From assembly GCF_018350175.1 (NCBI RefSeq), contig NC_058369.1:62001-124000 (forward strand): 62,000 nt of DNA, written 5' to 3'. The notes under the pieces were generated by a model. That model worked only from the letters and a program-made list of their open reading frames with translations. It was not told where the DNA came from and ran no database searches. Below are positions 35,431-48,260 of the stretch, piece by piece; position 1 is the stretch's first letter; every line of letters begins with the position of its first letter. Both the position numbers and the translations under genes were made by a program. The DNA comes from Felis catus. Lineage: Eukaryota.

Positions 35431-36203
35431 CAGTTGTCAGATGGTGGGGAAGGGGGCTTGGCAGACTTTGTGAAGGAAGAAATTTCCAGCCGGCTTCCTG
35501 GGGCACTCCCACTAGGGAGGCGTCCCGAGGAAGGGAGACGACCATGCCTGTGGATGACCACGACATTGGCGTGGTTGCAGATAATGACGCTGTTTGGATT
35601 GCAAACTTCCCCCGTTAGACTGACCACCCCGTCAGGCTGGGTCATCACAGAGGGAAGAAAGGAATCAAGTGTTCACTCCATCAATATGTGGTTCGGCCTC
35701 CCTCATTAGACTGGGGTCCCCTCAAGGTTGCCTCCCCCACCAGGCTGGGATTCCCAGTGGAAGGGGCTTGGGCCTACTGCCTTGAGCCACAGAGTCACCT
35801 GAGGAGGGAGCTAAAATCCCCTTGTCAGTCTGGGAGGCCCAGAGGTAAGGAGCTACCCCCGCCCCCAAGAGACTAAGGAGTATCATGGAGAACAGGGGCC
35901 TGAGCCTCCCCCATCATACTAGCCACTCCTTCCAGGCATGAACTAGGCCCCTCCCCTCAGACTAGGGACCCCTATAGAGAGGAGGCTGGCTTACTCCCAA
36001 CAGACTGAAGAGCCCCGGGGAGGGGAGTGGGGGGAGGCCACCAGAGCCTCCCCTATCACACTAGGGAGTCCTGTAGGAAACACTTCCCACGCCACCCTCA
36101 CCACTTTGCAAAGTCCCAACTGGAGAGGGCTGGGCCTCCCCCATCAGACTACAGGTTGCTAGGGGCATGGCCTCCCCCCTCAGGCTGGCCTGCCCCTACA
36201 TAC

Positions 36204-36347
36204 GCATGTCGAACAGGTCCTTCTTGGGGCTGTCCTCCGGCTGCAGGGGCTCTGGGGCATCCAGACCCTGTGTGTTGACGTACAGGTGGTCCTCATAGTC
36301 TCTGGGGCCCCGTGCATCAGCCTGCACGTAGCCATCCCCTGGTGGGC
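36204..36347 (-). CDS. SHC2: SHC2 exon 10 (PPGDGYVQADARG...HLYVNTQ...KKDLFDM)
   Basis: ctccccag| acceptor, C|GTATGT donor, 144 nt; YVN site. Confidence 0.94.
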
Positions 36348-38925
36348 CTGGGGAGGGTAGGAGGAGTGGAGGGGGCAGCTGGGGGAGCAGCGGACCCCAC
36401 CTGGGAGCCCCGCCCAAGCCCGCCTCCCTGCCGGATGGAAACTTCACACCCTCTTGCAGAGCCATCTGGAGTGAAAACCCATAAATGTCCAACCAGGGGC
36501 TGTGGGGCACTAGAGGGCCACTCTCGGGGAGGGGCCACTGCGACTAGGCAGGACGATGGCAGAAACCCCCATGTTTCTGTTAAATGTCCCCATCTAAAAA
36601 TTACTAACAACGAACTGTCCCCCCTGTAATTATGCTATCCACATGACACATAGGTCATGTGTTTCTGTTTCTGTCCTGTTGTAGGATTTCCTTTCTTTTC
36701 AAGCTTAATTGTAAGTGTGTAACGCATTTGCATGGTTCAAAAGCCACAACCACAGTAAAAATTGTCCTTGGAGGGATTTCTCACTTGGGTCCACTCAGTG
36801 CCCCATTCAGATTCTGCTGGATCCTGACCACTTCGCCTCTGCCCTGTTCCCCTGCCCTCACCCCTCCCAGGGTGTTGGGTTTTTGCTGGTCTGACAGGTT
36901 CCCAGGTAAATGGCGTCTGGGGGACCTTACTTCCCCTTTCTCTTATTTTGAGCAAGGCTGAGCTTTTCCCAGGTTCAAAGGGCATTTGTGCGTATTTTTC
37001 TCAGAACTGTGTCTTCATTTCCAGACGTCACCACTTTTAATCCTTGGCAGAGAAATAATGATTTTGGCACACTGCGTGGCCAAATCCAGCCCAAGGGCCC
37101 TACTGTTTGCAGTCCCCACTGTATGCCAACTACATCCTTAACCTCATGGGCATGGGGCTCCCAGGCCAGCTCCACCTGCCCTCTGTGGACAGGGGAAAGT
37201 TCGCCACCCTCTCTGTGCCTAACTCTCTTCCTCTATAAAACAGGGAGAATAGGAGTCTCCTTCATAAGCGGGGTGAGGACCAAAACCGTAGAACAGCGTC
37301 TGGCAAACAGATGTGATTCCATATGAGTGCTGACCATGTGCCAGGCCTGGATGGCTGATGGGGGCAGAGGGGTTTCAGTGCAGGCTTCCCGGTCTGCCTG
37401 GAGGAGGCGAGGGTTCTCCCAGCCTTTCATGGCCAGGGCCAGGGAAGAGGGAAGAAACTCAGGTTGTGGAATCCGGACAGAGAGAATCCCCAGACACAGG
37501 AGCTGGGGCATCGATGTATTGGAAGGAGTTCTTGGCTAGAGAATTGGGAAAGGTGTAAAAAGAAGCCTTAACAGTGTGTGCGAAGGCTCAGGGCTGGGAA
37601 GTGCCTATGAACCCTGGAAGTCATGGGTGAGCAGCCCATGTCCCAGACAAACAGCACACAAGGGCCACGTTATAGCTTGGCACCTGGTTCTTTAACCACT
37701 GGGTGCTGGCAGTCGACGAGGGTTCTGATGCTTGGCAGCGAAGTGCCCAGATTATCTGGGAAGATCTAAAAAAAAAGCCCAGCACAGATGTTAGGCTGTG
37801 AGGGGACAGGCGACTACAGCAGGCTGGTGGGCGAACCGACGGGCACCCTCGCTTCAGAGAGCAGCTTAGCGGCCTCCAGTAACGTGACTAACAGGCTCTG
37901 ATGTCAGCAGCCTCACGGCTCGGCACCCACAGGAGAAACACGGGGCTGCACACCGTGTGTGTCGGGGGGACCCTCGGTGCCCAGGAGTAGGGGCTACGTA
38001 GGCACGCAAGCTCCAGGAGGCTGACACTGCAGAACCTCAAAGCGACCAAGACGCCCACAGCACGCCTGGAGAGTCACCATGTCTGCGGGTGCCTGTTCTT
38101 ACCGAGCCCGAGAGGAGACACAGAGGAGCCGGGGGGCCGAGCGCCCCGACTGGGAGCGGAGGGCCAAGGGGGTGCCAGCCTCACGTCACTTCTCATTCTG
38201 TGTAACAGGGCAAAGTGCTCGTGGGCCGAACACCCAGTCGGTTCGTGAAAGCCAAAGCCTGAAGTGCCGGGCGGTGGGGACACGCGTGATTTCCATCACA
38301 AGAGAACAAGGAGCCGCCCTCAGGGGACCGGACCGTGTGGAGACCAGAACCAGCGGAATGACGAACATCCGTGGCCCTTCGTCACACCGCAGACGCCACA
38401 GCAAGCACCTGGAGTCTACCCAAGTGTCCGTGAGTCAAGTGCAGGCGAGATAAAAGAGACCCTCTGCGCGGGGGGTCGCGGGCAGTGCGAACAAGAACGG
38501 GCACGGGGCGCGTGCTGATGCGGAAGGAACTTCAGGGTGGATTGCTACATGGGAAAAGCTAGGCGGGAGCGAAAGACATAGTACATGGATTGGAAAACGC
38601 TTGAACGTCCGTGGAAAATACTGGAAAAATAACGGAAACTGGTACTGACAGTGGTGGCCTGACTGGGGAGGTGGATAGGCAGACGGGGCCAGGGTGACAC
38701 CATGACTTCTCACTGAAGGCCTTTCTGTGCTCTGGCATTTTGAACCACGTGAATGCTGTGTCCCTCCCAAAATGCAATGAACCTAGTCTGTACAGAAGAA
38801 AGACAAACCAACTAAGAGTGTTGGGGGCGCACAACATCTTGCGGGTGAAAGTGAAGTGGGGCAGAAGAGAGGAACTGGGGGGGGGGGCGGGGGCCTCCCT
38901 GAGCCTCCAGGGCATCTACTGTTAC

Positions 38926-38983
38926 CTGAGGGGCCCAGGTCCCACGGCAGACTGCGGGTGTCCCTTCGAGCAGGCGATACGCC
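38926..38983 (-). CDS. SHC2: SHC2 exon 9 (GVSPARRDTRSLPWDLGPS)
   Basis: ctctttttcag| acceptor, CAG|GTAACA donor, 58 nt; SLPWD motif; restores phase for exon 10. Confidence 0.85.
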
Positions 38984-39612
38984 CTGAAAAAGAGAGTGAG
39001 GGGTCCTTCTGCCACGTGCAAGCCCCTTCCCAGCCCAGAACCCCGCCCTCCCGGAGGGCTGGACCTTCCCAGCCCAACACCCCACCATCCAACACCCTGC
39101 CCTCCTGCACGGCTGGAGACCTAAGTCAGATGCTAAGAGGGAAGCTCTGCACCCTGCCAACCCTGCCCCCAGGCCCTGGCTGCTGCATGCTGTTCCCTTC
39201 ACCTGGATGCCCTTCCCTGCACTGTTCTCCCGGGCAACTCCTATTCACCCGTCAGGGCCCAGCCCAAACACTGCTTCCTTGTGGAAGTCCTCCGACCACA
39301 AAGTCAGTCTCCCTGTTGTATATTCTCATTACCTCCCCTGGAAACCTGTCTCGTCTCGTGGCCCTGATTAAACTGCCAATAGAATTCTCTAATCAGTATC
39401 TGAGGGTGGGAGTCACATCTGGAGTAGGGCCAGACCTATCTGTGCAATTTGGGGCAGGAAGGAGGGAAAGGAGGGGCAGGGAAGCATGAGATACCCTCCC
39501 CTAGGGTCAAGGAGAAGGGGAGCAGAAGGAGAAGCCAGGGTCAGGCCCAAGGATCCAGTGCCTAGAGATGACCTCCCACCATCCCTCCCCCATGAGGGCC
39601 ACAGAGGCTGAC

Positions 39613-39766
39613 CTGGCCGAGGGCGCCGACGGCACAGGGTTGAGTTAGGGCGAGCCTGGAGTCCACCAGCCCACCCAGGGGCGGCTCCTTCCCTGGGATG
39701 CTGTTGTAGTAATTGTGTTCCGTTTCCTCCTCGTCCCCCCAGGCCGACTCCTCGGGCCTGGTCAGC
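39613..39766 (-). CDS. SHC2: SHC2 exon 8 (LTRPEESAWGDEEETEHNYYNSIPGKEPP...GQ)
   Basis: ccccag| acceptor, CAG|GTCAGC donor, 154 nt; contains the YYN Grb2-type site. Confidence 0.94.
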
Positions 39767-40432
39767 CTGGGGACAGACAGCAAGAAGGAGCACAGGCAGG
39801 GACCTCAGGTCTCAGGGGCAGAGAGAGAGGGAGCTCCTGCCAGGACGCCAAGGCTGCGTGGCTGGAGCTTTGCTTGGTGGGCCGGGCTGAGCCCCTTCCT
39901 GCTCTGGGCCAGTGCGCTTTCCTCCTCTGTAAGATGGGACCTCACACTCTTTCCAGTGCCTTCTAGAAACTACAGCTGGTCTCTACTCCCTTGCGCCCAC
40001 CTCTGCCCACCCCACCCCCACCAGGCAGCACACACAGGGTGCCGGTCTGGCACACAGAGCCGGTGCCGCGGGGCCACGGGGCCAGGATGGGAGTGCCCTC
40101 AGCACCATCTGGCCCTGCAAGGGCCCCTGTAGAAGTTGATCAGGCGACTGCGGTTCCTGACAGCCAGACGGGGGAGGCTGTTATCAGTGTTTATCAGGCA
40201 CGAGGGTGCAGGCAGCAGAGGAGGGCCCCGCGAGCGGACACGATGGACACGTGAGCCCGTGTGGCGCAGGCATGCTGGTGAGGGGCTGCACGGAGGAGAA
40301 GCGCACGGCAGCATGTACTCCTGCAGACGCTCCCTATTCCTTAACGTGAGCACGTTTGTACGTCTAACACGTTCACCTGTCCGTCATTTAGTCTGGCAAG
40401 TTTCCACCCAGTGAGCTACTAAGTAGCTAAAA

Positions 40433-40742
40433 GCAGGGCTCAGCAAGTCTGGCCCCCGCCTGCATGCGTGCAGCCTAGGAGCTAAGAATGCTTCCTACTC
40501 GTTTAAACCACAAAACTTTTAAGTGATTAGGAGAACATCCTAAGAACAATGTTTGGTGACACGTGAAAATTACATGAAATTCCGAATTTAGCGCCTATAA
40601 ATACAGTTTAGCTGGCAGGCAGCCCATTGATCCTTTCACGTATGGTCCCCAGCCGCTCTTGCTACAATGGCTGAGGCAGGTGTTCTGGCCCAGGAAGCTG
40701 GACACACCGACTGGCCCTTTTGCAGAAGCGTTGGCCACACCC
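40433..40742. mobile_element. MER58-like hAT MITE
   Basis: cagggctcagcaa...gagctaagaatg...gtgacacgtgaaaattacatgaaatt. Confidence 0.65.
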
Positions 40743-41008
40743 GTCCAGGCTGGTGATGACCACAGCCGCTGACTGGCTCCCCTAATCCTCGCCTCAGCCC
40801 GAGCGCGGGCTGTTTTCACCCGGGTTTTATAGAGGAGGGTGTGGCGACCGGGCAGTGGAGCCACGTGCCCACTGGGAACAGAGAGGGAAGGAGGGACAAA
40901 GCGAAGGCCCACACCCGGGGTGGAGATGGTGAGCGCAGGGACTGCGCATCTGGCCTTGGTCAGGTGGCACGATGTCTCTGGGAAGACGTGGAGGACGTGG
41001 CCTGGTAC

Positions 41009-41135
41009 CTTTCCGGGGGCAGGACCACCCTGGGGGGGCTGTGCAGGTACTGTTTGAAGCGCAGCTCGAAGGCTTGGCCCACGGTGCTGATGATGCTCTG
41101 GGCGAGGCCCTCACAGCACTCCAGGATGTGGCAGG
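41009..41135 (-). CDS. SHC2: SHC2 exon 7 ([35 protein letters not shown]...)
   Basis: ctctgcag| acceptor, AG|GTACCA donor, 127 nt. Confidence 0.95.
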
Positions 41136-41229
41136 CTGCAGAGGGTCATGGTCACGTAGCATCAGCATAGCCTCGGCCCACTGGCACAGCGGCCCACAGG
41201 GCCCCCGCCCGCCCCCACTGGGACCTCAC

Positions 41230-41281
41230 CTCTCTGGTTGATGGGATCCTTGGCTACATAGGCCACATAATCAGTCATGTC
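41230..41281 (-). CDS. SHC2: SHC2 exon 6 (DMTDYVAYVAKDPINQR)
   Basis: ccccag| acceptor, G|GTGAGG donor, 52 nt. Confidence 0.95.
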
Positions 41282-41419
41282 CTGGGGAGAGAGAGGACAA
41301 GTGAGAGGGTTGGACCTGCCGGGGCCACCCCGGCCTGGTAAGGGGGCAGGGGTGGATGGGCATGGGGCCGTAGGGCACAGACAGGACCAGAAGTCTACCC
41401 CCCCAGTCCCTGGCCTTAC

Positions 41420-41473
41420 CGTGTCACCTCCCGACGCAAAGGAGATAGACTGCATGTGGTGGTTGGCAATGAC
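41420..41473 (-). CDS. SHC2: SHC2 exon 5 (VIANHHMQSISFASGGDT)
   Basis: ccgccag| acceptor, ACG|GTAAGG donor, 54 nt. Confidence 0.95.
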
Positions 41474-42016
41474 CTGGCGGGAGAGAGACACAGTCATGGG
41501 GGGCCACAGTCCTGGGGCCGGGGAAGGGGGCAGGCTCACCAGGCCAGGGCCACAGAGAAGCGACCAGGAAAGGGCTGGAGTCAGAATGGGTACCAGGGTG
41601 ACCAGGAGAGCAGCTGGATGGGGAACGCCCACCACTCTCACACGTGCATACTTCTGACACCCAGACACAGACGCACAGACATGCCCGCAGACATGCACAG
41701 ACACATGGACAGCCCACAGATGTGCACAGACGCACAGAAATGCCCGCAGCTGTGCACAGACACGGACACGCCCGTAGACGTGCACAGACACACGGACACG
41801 CCCTCCTATACACAGATGCTCACACATGCAGTCACACACACTCTAGCCCATCTTTGCGCCCTCACGCCTGGTGCTCTGGCCCGCGCGTCCGCCCAGACAC
41901 ACACCGCGGACGGCGCACTAATCTGGCACAGCCAATGCACCATGGAGGCTTGGAGGAGACACAGGAGGGAAGAGCCGGAGGCTCTGTTCTGGCACCAGCG
42001 CCCAGGCATCGTCATC

Positions 42017-42080
42017 TGTGTGCTCATTTGCGTGCTCATTTGCATGCTCATTTGCATTTGCTTGCTCATTTGCATGCTTG
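42017..42080 (+). repeat. 12-bp tandem repeat (TGCTCATTTGCA)n
   Basis: About five degenerate units containing three ATTTGCAT octamers. Confidence 0.85.
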
Positions 42081-42867
42081 CTTTTGGTGCACACTTGCAG
42101 GCCTGTTTCCGTGTTCATTCGCGTGCTCGTTTGCATCCATTTGCCACCTCCCATTGCTGTCCCATTGCTCATGTTCCTTCAGGGCCCAGGGAGCAGTGGC
42201 CGCCTCACCAGGGGCTCCACAGATGCCCTGCTTGGGCTCCCTCCGCGGTGCCCCCACATCACCGCTCTTCCCAGGCTCACAGTGCTGACTGGACAAGTCC
42301 TAACTCCCCACCACGAACCTCACTGACCTCTCCAGCTCTGTCTCCCCACAGGGTGACCTATACCTGGGACATCTCTCCTCACCTCCTCCCTTGGAGCCAG
42401 CATCACCGCCTCCAGGAAGCCCTTCGTGACACCCCTGCTAGGTTACAGTGCCCTGTGCCCACCTACAGCACCCCTTGCCTGGCCTCACAATGCTTTTTAG
42501 AATTTGTAATTATTCCCTTATCTGTGCAATATTATTTTGCTGGATTGTTTCCACTAGAAGATTCCCGGCCAGGGCTCTCACCCTCAGCACTGCTGACAAT
42601 GGCGGGGGGGGTCCATCTCGGCAGGGGTGTCCTGGGCACTGTGGGGGTTCAGCAGCCTCCCTGCACCCCACCCCCGCACTCGTGCCAACTGTGAGTGCCA
42701 TGAGGGCAGCTCGGCTCCTGGCTCAGGCGGGGCCTCGGCACATCTCCAGGTGAACATGTTCACACACAGCCCCACACCTGCCATCTCTCCAGCTTTGCCC
42801 ACGGGACCCTGGACCTGCCCTGCACGGGGGGCTGCTGGGGGCTGAGGACACGGGTGGCGGCACTCAC

Positions 42868-42987
42868 CTGGCGCGTGGCAGGCACGGACAGGTTGAGGCC
42901 GTCGGTGGAGATGCTCACAGCGATGCTCATGCCAGCGAAGCGCAGGTTGGTCTTGCCCAGGATGGAGGCCAGCGCCTTGTTCGGGGC
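42868..42987 (-). CDS. SHC2: SHC2 exon 4 ([21 protein letters not shown]...VPATRQ)
   Basis: ccccag| acceptor, CAG|GTGAGT donor, 120 nt. Confidence 0.95.
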
Positions 42988-43166
42988 CTGGGGACAGGGC
43001 AGAGGGCAGTGCTGGGCCTGCAGAGTGAGGAGCCCAGGCACTGGGAAAGGTGGGGCAGCAGAGGGGCTCCAGCTGGGGCAAGGTCCAGGAAGGCCATGGC
43101 GCGCCCTCCCCCCCCCCCCGCCGCCGCTCCAACCACACCCACCAGGACCACCAGCCCGTCACCCAC

Positions 43167-43227
43167 CTTCTTCTTCCAGGAGCCCCGGATGCCAGGCACT
43201 GCCTCATGGAGCCGGTTGATGGCTTCC
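43167..43227 (-). CDS. SHC2: SHC2 exon 3 (EAINRLHEAVPGIRGSWKKK)
   Basis: cacag| acceptor, AAG|GTGGGT donor, 61 nt. Confidence 0.95.
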
Positions 43228-43789
43228 CTGTGTGGGGGGTTGTAGGAGGAGGCTTAGTGAACTCGGAGGGGGGCTTGGGGAGGGGGTAGGAGCTCAGGGA
43301 GTGTGGGGGGCAGAAGCCATGGGCAGAGAAGGTACTTGAATCCTGAGCTGGGAAGGGGCTCACAGGAGGGAGGGAAGCGGGTACCTGGAGAGAGGAGGGA
43401 GGAACAGAGCCACGGACCGGGGGCTCTCAGCCCCCAACCCGTTTGTACCCGGCAGATACCCATGCACATACCGACCTCAGCTCTTGCCCTCTGGGGCTTC
43501 CTTCTCAGTGATCAACACATCCCTGGGCCATGGCCCAACTCCAAACCACAGGGGTGAGATTCAGGGGAGCCAACGACATAGGGCGTCAGCCTGGACCCCA
43601 AGTGTCATGCGGCCACAGGCCAGCCAAGATCCCCAGCTGTGGCATGAGAGCGTGACCTCTGCTCTGGGCTCGCCAGACTAAGAGACAGACCTCTGTGAAA
43701 CCGCTAGCCCTGGGGAGGACTGGGACTTCACGGGTCCTGAAGGTCAGAGGGACCGTGCTGGGCCCCAAGTGGCCGGGGCCCTCACACCC

Positions 43790-44460
43790 GGCAGGCGCGA
43801 AGGCGAAAAGGCGCGGCGGGAAAGGTCTTGCTGCTCAAACAGCGAGATGTGGAGACACCACACAGCCCGACACCCCACCTCCCGTCCCAGGAGACATGAA
43901 AACACACGTGCACACAAAACCTGTGCACGCGCGTTCACAGCAGTACGAGTCACAACAATCAGCAAAAGGTCGAAGCCACCCAAGTGTCCATTGACAGGTT
44001 GACAAACAATGCGTCCACCGCGCAGGCAAAGGTCCACAGAGGAACGTGTCCATCGCGCACGCGCACATCACTCAGGTGTGTCCACCGCGCATGCGCACAT
44101 CCACAGAGAAACGCGACCACCGTGCACGCACGGGTCACTCGGGTACATCCACCGCCCACGCGCACGTCCACAGATGAACGTGTCCACCCCGCACGCGGAC
44201 ACCCCTCCACCGCGCACGCGCACATCACTCAGCCCGGAGCAGGCGCGAGAGGCACCCGCACCCGCCGCCCCGCGGGCAGACCCTGGACACACGAGGCTCA
44301 GGGAAGGAACCAGACACGAGAGGCCACACGGGGTGTGAGTCCGCGTCTGGGAAACGTCCAGAACAGGCACACCTCTGTGAAGAAACCAAAACACATTGAG
44401 TTGTGGACTTTAGGTGCGTGAATTGTTTGATGTGTGAATTACAACTCAGTAGAGTGTTTT
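43790..44460 (+). mobile_element. Ancient L1 (L1MB-like) 3' end, GC-shifted, with internal minisatellite
   Basis: gagacatgaaaacacacgtgcacacaaaacctg...cccaagtgtccattgacagg. Confidence 0.7.
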
Positions 44461-44510
44461 TATGTCTACAGTGAATGGCCTGTTTTCACATGCAAAAAGA
44501 CATCGATCCT

Positions 44511-44622
44511 GGGACGCCTGGGTGGCCGGGCTCAGGTCATGATCTCACAGGGGTCCATGCGTTCGAGCCCCACGTGGGGCTCTGTGCTGACAGCTGGCAG
44601 CCCTGCCCTTCCCCCGCTCAGG

Positions 44623-44670
<48 letters not shown>

Positions 44671-44705
44671 ATAAATAAATAAATAAATAAAACATTAAAA
44701 AACAA
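44511..44705 (+). mobile_element. CAN-SINE with internal deletions
   Basis: gggacgcctgggtgg...ctcaggtcatgatctc...(CT)n(AAAT)n. Confidence 0.88.
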
Positions 44706-45178
44706 AATGGACGTGGATCCCTAAGCCTCTTCATGACTCATTCCTGGCAGCTCAGAGCATCACGAGATCGATGTGCTTTGCACCAAAAAAAGCAGGGACA
44801 ACGGAGGTGCCACCCAGAACCAGCTCCTAGCCCCTTCCAGGCCTGACCTGAGTCCTAGCCGGACACCAGCCAGCACCTGTGGGTCCAGCACGCCTGTGGA
44901 ATTCGCACACGGCAAGGCGCCAGGTGTCATTTCTATTAGAATCCAGGGTCTGGGGAGCAGAGACAACTGGACGGCAGGACAGAGCTGGAACTCAGCTTAT
45001 GCCCCGCCACAAGGCCATTCTCAGTCCCGCCACACTGTTCTCCAAGCTGTGAGGCAGGAGGGAATGTCGCTGCGCAGACTGTCTGAGCGGCTACTGCCAC
45101 CTCTCCAAAGCCTCACATCAGCCCTCCCTCAGCTGCCCCGAGGCCCTGGCCCCACAGCAGCCGGTCTCAAAGGCTCAC

Positions 45179-45249
45179 CTGGTCACCTGGGTGCGAGTGT
45201 TAAAATCCAGAGAGCGCATGGAGCGGAGGACTTCGATGCAGCCCATGTA
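45179..45249 (-). CDS. SHC2: SHC2 exon 2 (YMGCIEVLRSMRSLDFNTRTQVTR)
   Basis: ctcttag| acceptor, AG|GTGAGC donor, 71 nt. Confidence 0.95.
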
Positions 45250-46273
45250 CTAAGAGAAGAGAGAAGAAGCAATTAGCAGGCAGGCCCTGAGCACGAGCCC
45301 AGCAGAGCCTGGGTCAGGTGACAAGCGAATCCAAGCCCTCCCTGCAGCGAGCTCTTCACCCTCGTCTCCAGCCCCGTCCTCAGCAATGTCTAGCTTTGCT
45401 GCCTCAGGGCCTTTGTACCTGCTGTGCCCCTGCTGCTCCCTTCCCCCATCTTCGTGTGCACTGATTCCTTCCCCGTCTCCAGGCTCAGTGTCACCTCCTC
45501 AGAGAGAACCCCCTTCCCTGATGCTAAGCACGTTGTTCCACGGAAGCTGGTTGACCCTCCAGGCTCAGTCTCGCTTTGGCTTAACCATCAGCTGCTTGCT
45601 CTCCCTTCCTGTTGCATTAGAGGGTGAGCCCAGGAAGACTGGGATGGTAATGCTCCTGTCACTACTGTAGCCCCAGAACCCAGCACAGGGCCTGCAAGCA
45701 GACTGGGAGGAAACCATCTGGCCTGTGAAACCCAGCGCATTGACTGGCCCTTCACAGGGAAAGTTTGCTAACTCCTGCCTAGGCCACCATGTCCACGGAA
45801 AGGTAGTTCAGACCCTCCAAGAGACAATGCAGAGGGACAGAGGAGGTAGAAACAGTCAGCAGAGCTCCCAGACTGCTTCGACCACAGCCAAGGGAGGGGG
45901 AGCGGGGACCAGACTAGGGCCACAAGCCTCTTTCCAGTTGTGCCTGTGTGCTGGGGGGCATCTGGCACAGCATCTTGAGGGCCACGTGGCCTGTGGTTCC
46001 CTGTCTGTGCAACGTCCTGTGATTTCCTGTGATGCCCCAGGCCACAGCACCTGTCCTGTGATTCCCTGTCTGTGCAACGTCCAGACAAGTAAATCCACAG
46101 ACACAGAGAGGGTTGGCAGGTGCCAGCAGTTAGGGGAGGGGAGGGGATGATGGCTAATGAGGACAGGTTTCTTCTAGGGTGACGGAATGTCCTGGAACCA
46201 GATAATGGTGATGGTTGCACAACCTTGCGAATGTACTAAATACTATTTGTACACTTTAAAATGGTGAATGGTC

Positions 46274-46472
46274 GGGGTGCCTGGGTGGCTCAGTCAGTTA
46301 AGCGTCCGACTGCAGCTCAGGCCATGATCTCGCGGTTTGTGAGTTAGAGCCCCATGACGGCCTCTGTGCTGAAGGCTCAGAGTCCGGAGCCTGCTTCAGA
46401 TTCTGTGTCTTCCTTTCTCTCTGCCCCTCCCCCACTTGTACTCTCCCTCTCAGAAATAAACATTAAAAATTG
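46274..46472 (+). mobile_element. CAN-SINE inserted in an old L1 3' end
   Basis: Full head and tail; flanks are L1M 3' UTR-like. Confidence 0.88.
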
Positions 46473-46919
46473 TTTAAATAAAATGTTAATTTTGTCAATT
46501 TTACAATTTTTTAAAAATCATAGATGCCCATACATTTTGACCTTGAAACTCCATTGTTAGGACTTTAGCCCCCAGATACATCAGCCCAGGGACTGCCCGT
46601 GTGTTCACAAGTCACTGTGCGGGGTGGCCCACGCTCTGCCCGATCCACGGGGCTCCGAGCACAGGACTACAGGGAGACAGGTGGACGGGTGCTTGGTGCC
46701 CCGATGGATCCGCGCTTACCCACTCCCTTTGCCCTTGGGCCCCCCCTGGTGCTGGCACCAGGGGCTGGCTCCCTACACCTGGCCCTCTTCTGTGTCTCCT
46801 GCCTCAGTCTCCCCTCAGGGAGAGCTTTTGCACACGCACCCCCTTGCTGCTGGGACCTGTAGAACTGAACAAATCAGCAAGAAATTAGAGACACCCTAAA
46901 ACAACACATTTGGGCTTGT

Positions 46920-47086
46920 GCGATCCAATACATGACTTCAGGCCAACCGGAATTCCCACTAAACAATGAATATTTCTTAGTGTAAGTATGCCCCAAATAG
47001 TGCAGGGGACATACTTACGCCAAAAATTATTGGTATTCGTTGGAACTTTAAATTTAACTGGGGGCCCTGTATGCTTGCTAAATCCA
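46920..47086. mobile_element. MER53-like palindromic hAT MITE
   Basis: Central inverted repeat gtaagtatgcccc/gggacatacttac; aaatttaactggg...ttgctaaatc. Confidence 0.7.
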
Positions 47087-48037
47087 AACAAATCGTTCTT
47101 GAAATGGAAGAGTATGCATTTGTAAAAGAGACAAGAATTGTTTATTTACATGAAATTATCTCCAAGGTATATTATTAGACAGCAGGAACAAGGTGCAGAA
47201 TGGAGGTCATGGTGAGTCACGATTCCCTCGGACAAGGGGTCAAGGGGGAAGATGTGCACACATGCGAGTATACACAGTGCGAGTAGATGAGTAATTCTAG
47301 CAGATTCTAGCATGGTAAAGTGGTTGTTTCCAGGGGAGAAACCGCATGCTGTTGGCAGACTGAAACTATGCTCACAAGCCGTCCCTCACCCCATTCCCTC
47401 CTCCCCTCCCCGTCCCTACCCACCCCCATCCCTCCCTCTATCCCTCCCCCTATCCAGGCCCTTGTATGTCAGGAAAGATGACACAGGTCACGAATGGCAT
47501 GTCAGGAAAGGTGACGCAGCCAAGGCCTAAAAGGCCCTTGTGCCCTGGAGCTTGTCCCCTCACTAGTCCCAGGTCCCTGAGACCCTGCTAGGCCAGCCTG
47601 CTCTGTGAGAACAGACACGTCCCCATCCCTATCATCCCAGCTGACACTGGCCAACTGCCATGGGAATGAAGAGACCGGCTCAAGCTGACCCACAAAACCA
47701 CAAAAAAATAACGTTTGTTGTCCCGCACTAGACTGTGGGATGATTTGCTACACGGCGACTGCTACCTGAGGTAGTGACCAGAAGACAAGGGGCAAGGCGA
47801 GCAAAGACCCAGGCCAAGGGAATGGCCACTACAAGGCCCACACGTGAGAACAAGTTTGAAGAGGCTGCAGGCTCACTCCAGTGTGGCTAGAGCAGAGCAC
47901 AAAGAGCTAAGAAGGATAGCAAGAAGGCTGCGGAGCCCTGGGGCTATGCTGAAGGTCTGTGTTTCATGCTGGGCAAGTGGGGGAGGCATGGGAGAGTTTT
48001 AAGTAGGGAAGTGAACAGATCTGTTTCACCTTCTCTT

Positions 48038-48260
48038 GGGTGGATGGATGGATGGATGGATGGACGGGTGGGTGATGGATGGATGGTGGATGGATGCATG
48101 AAAGGGTGATGGATGGACAGATGGATGGATGAGTGAACAAATGGATAATGGATGGGTGGAAGGGAAGATGGCCGGCTGGCTGGCTGGCTGGCTGGCTGGA
48201 TGATGGATGGATGGATGAACAGGTAGACCGATGGACAGATGGACAGATGGACAGATGGAA
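48038..48260 (+). repeat. (TGGA)n/(TGGC)n simple repeat
   Basis: Directly visible. Confidence 0.95.

Noticed and set aside
38920..38925. Alternative SHC2 exon-9 donor 6 nt downstream (A|GTAGAT)
   Set aside because: Frame-compatible, but a much poorer donor than CAG|GTAACA.
41456..42694. 412-aa plus-strand ORF
   Set aside because: It is built from CA-rich and 12-bp tandem repeats in an SHC2 intron; lack of stops is explained by composition.
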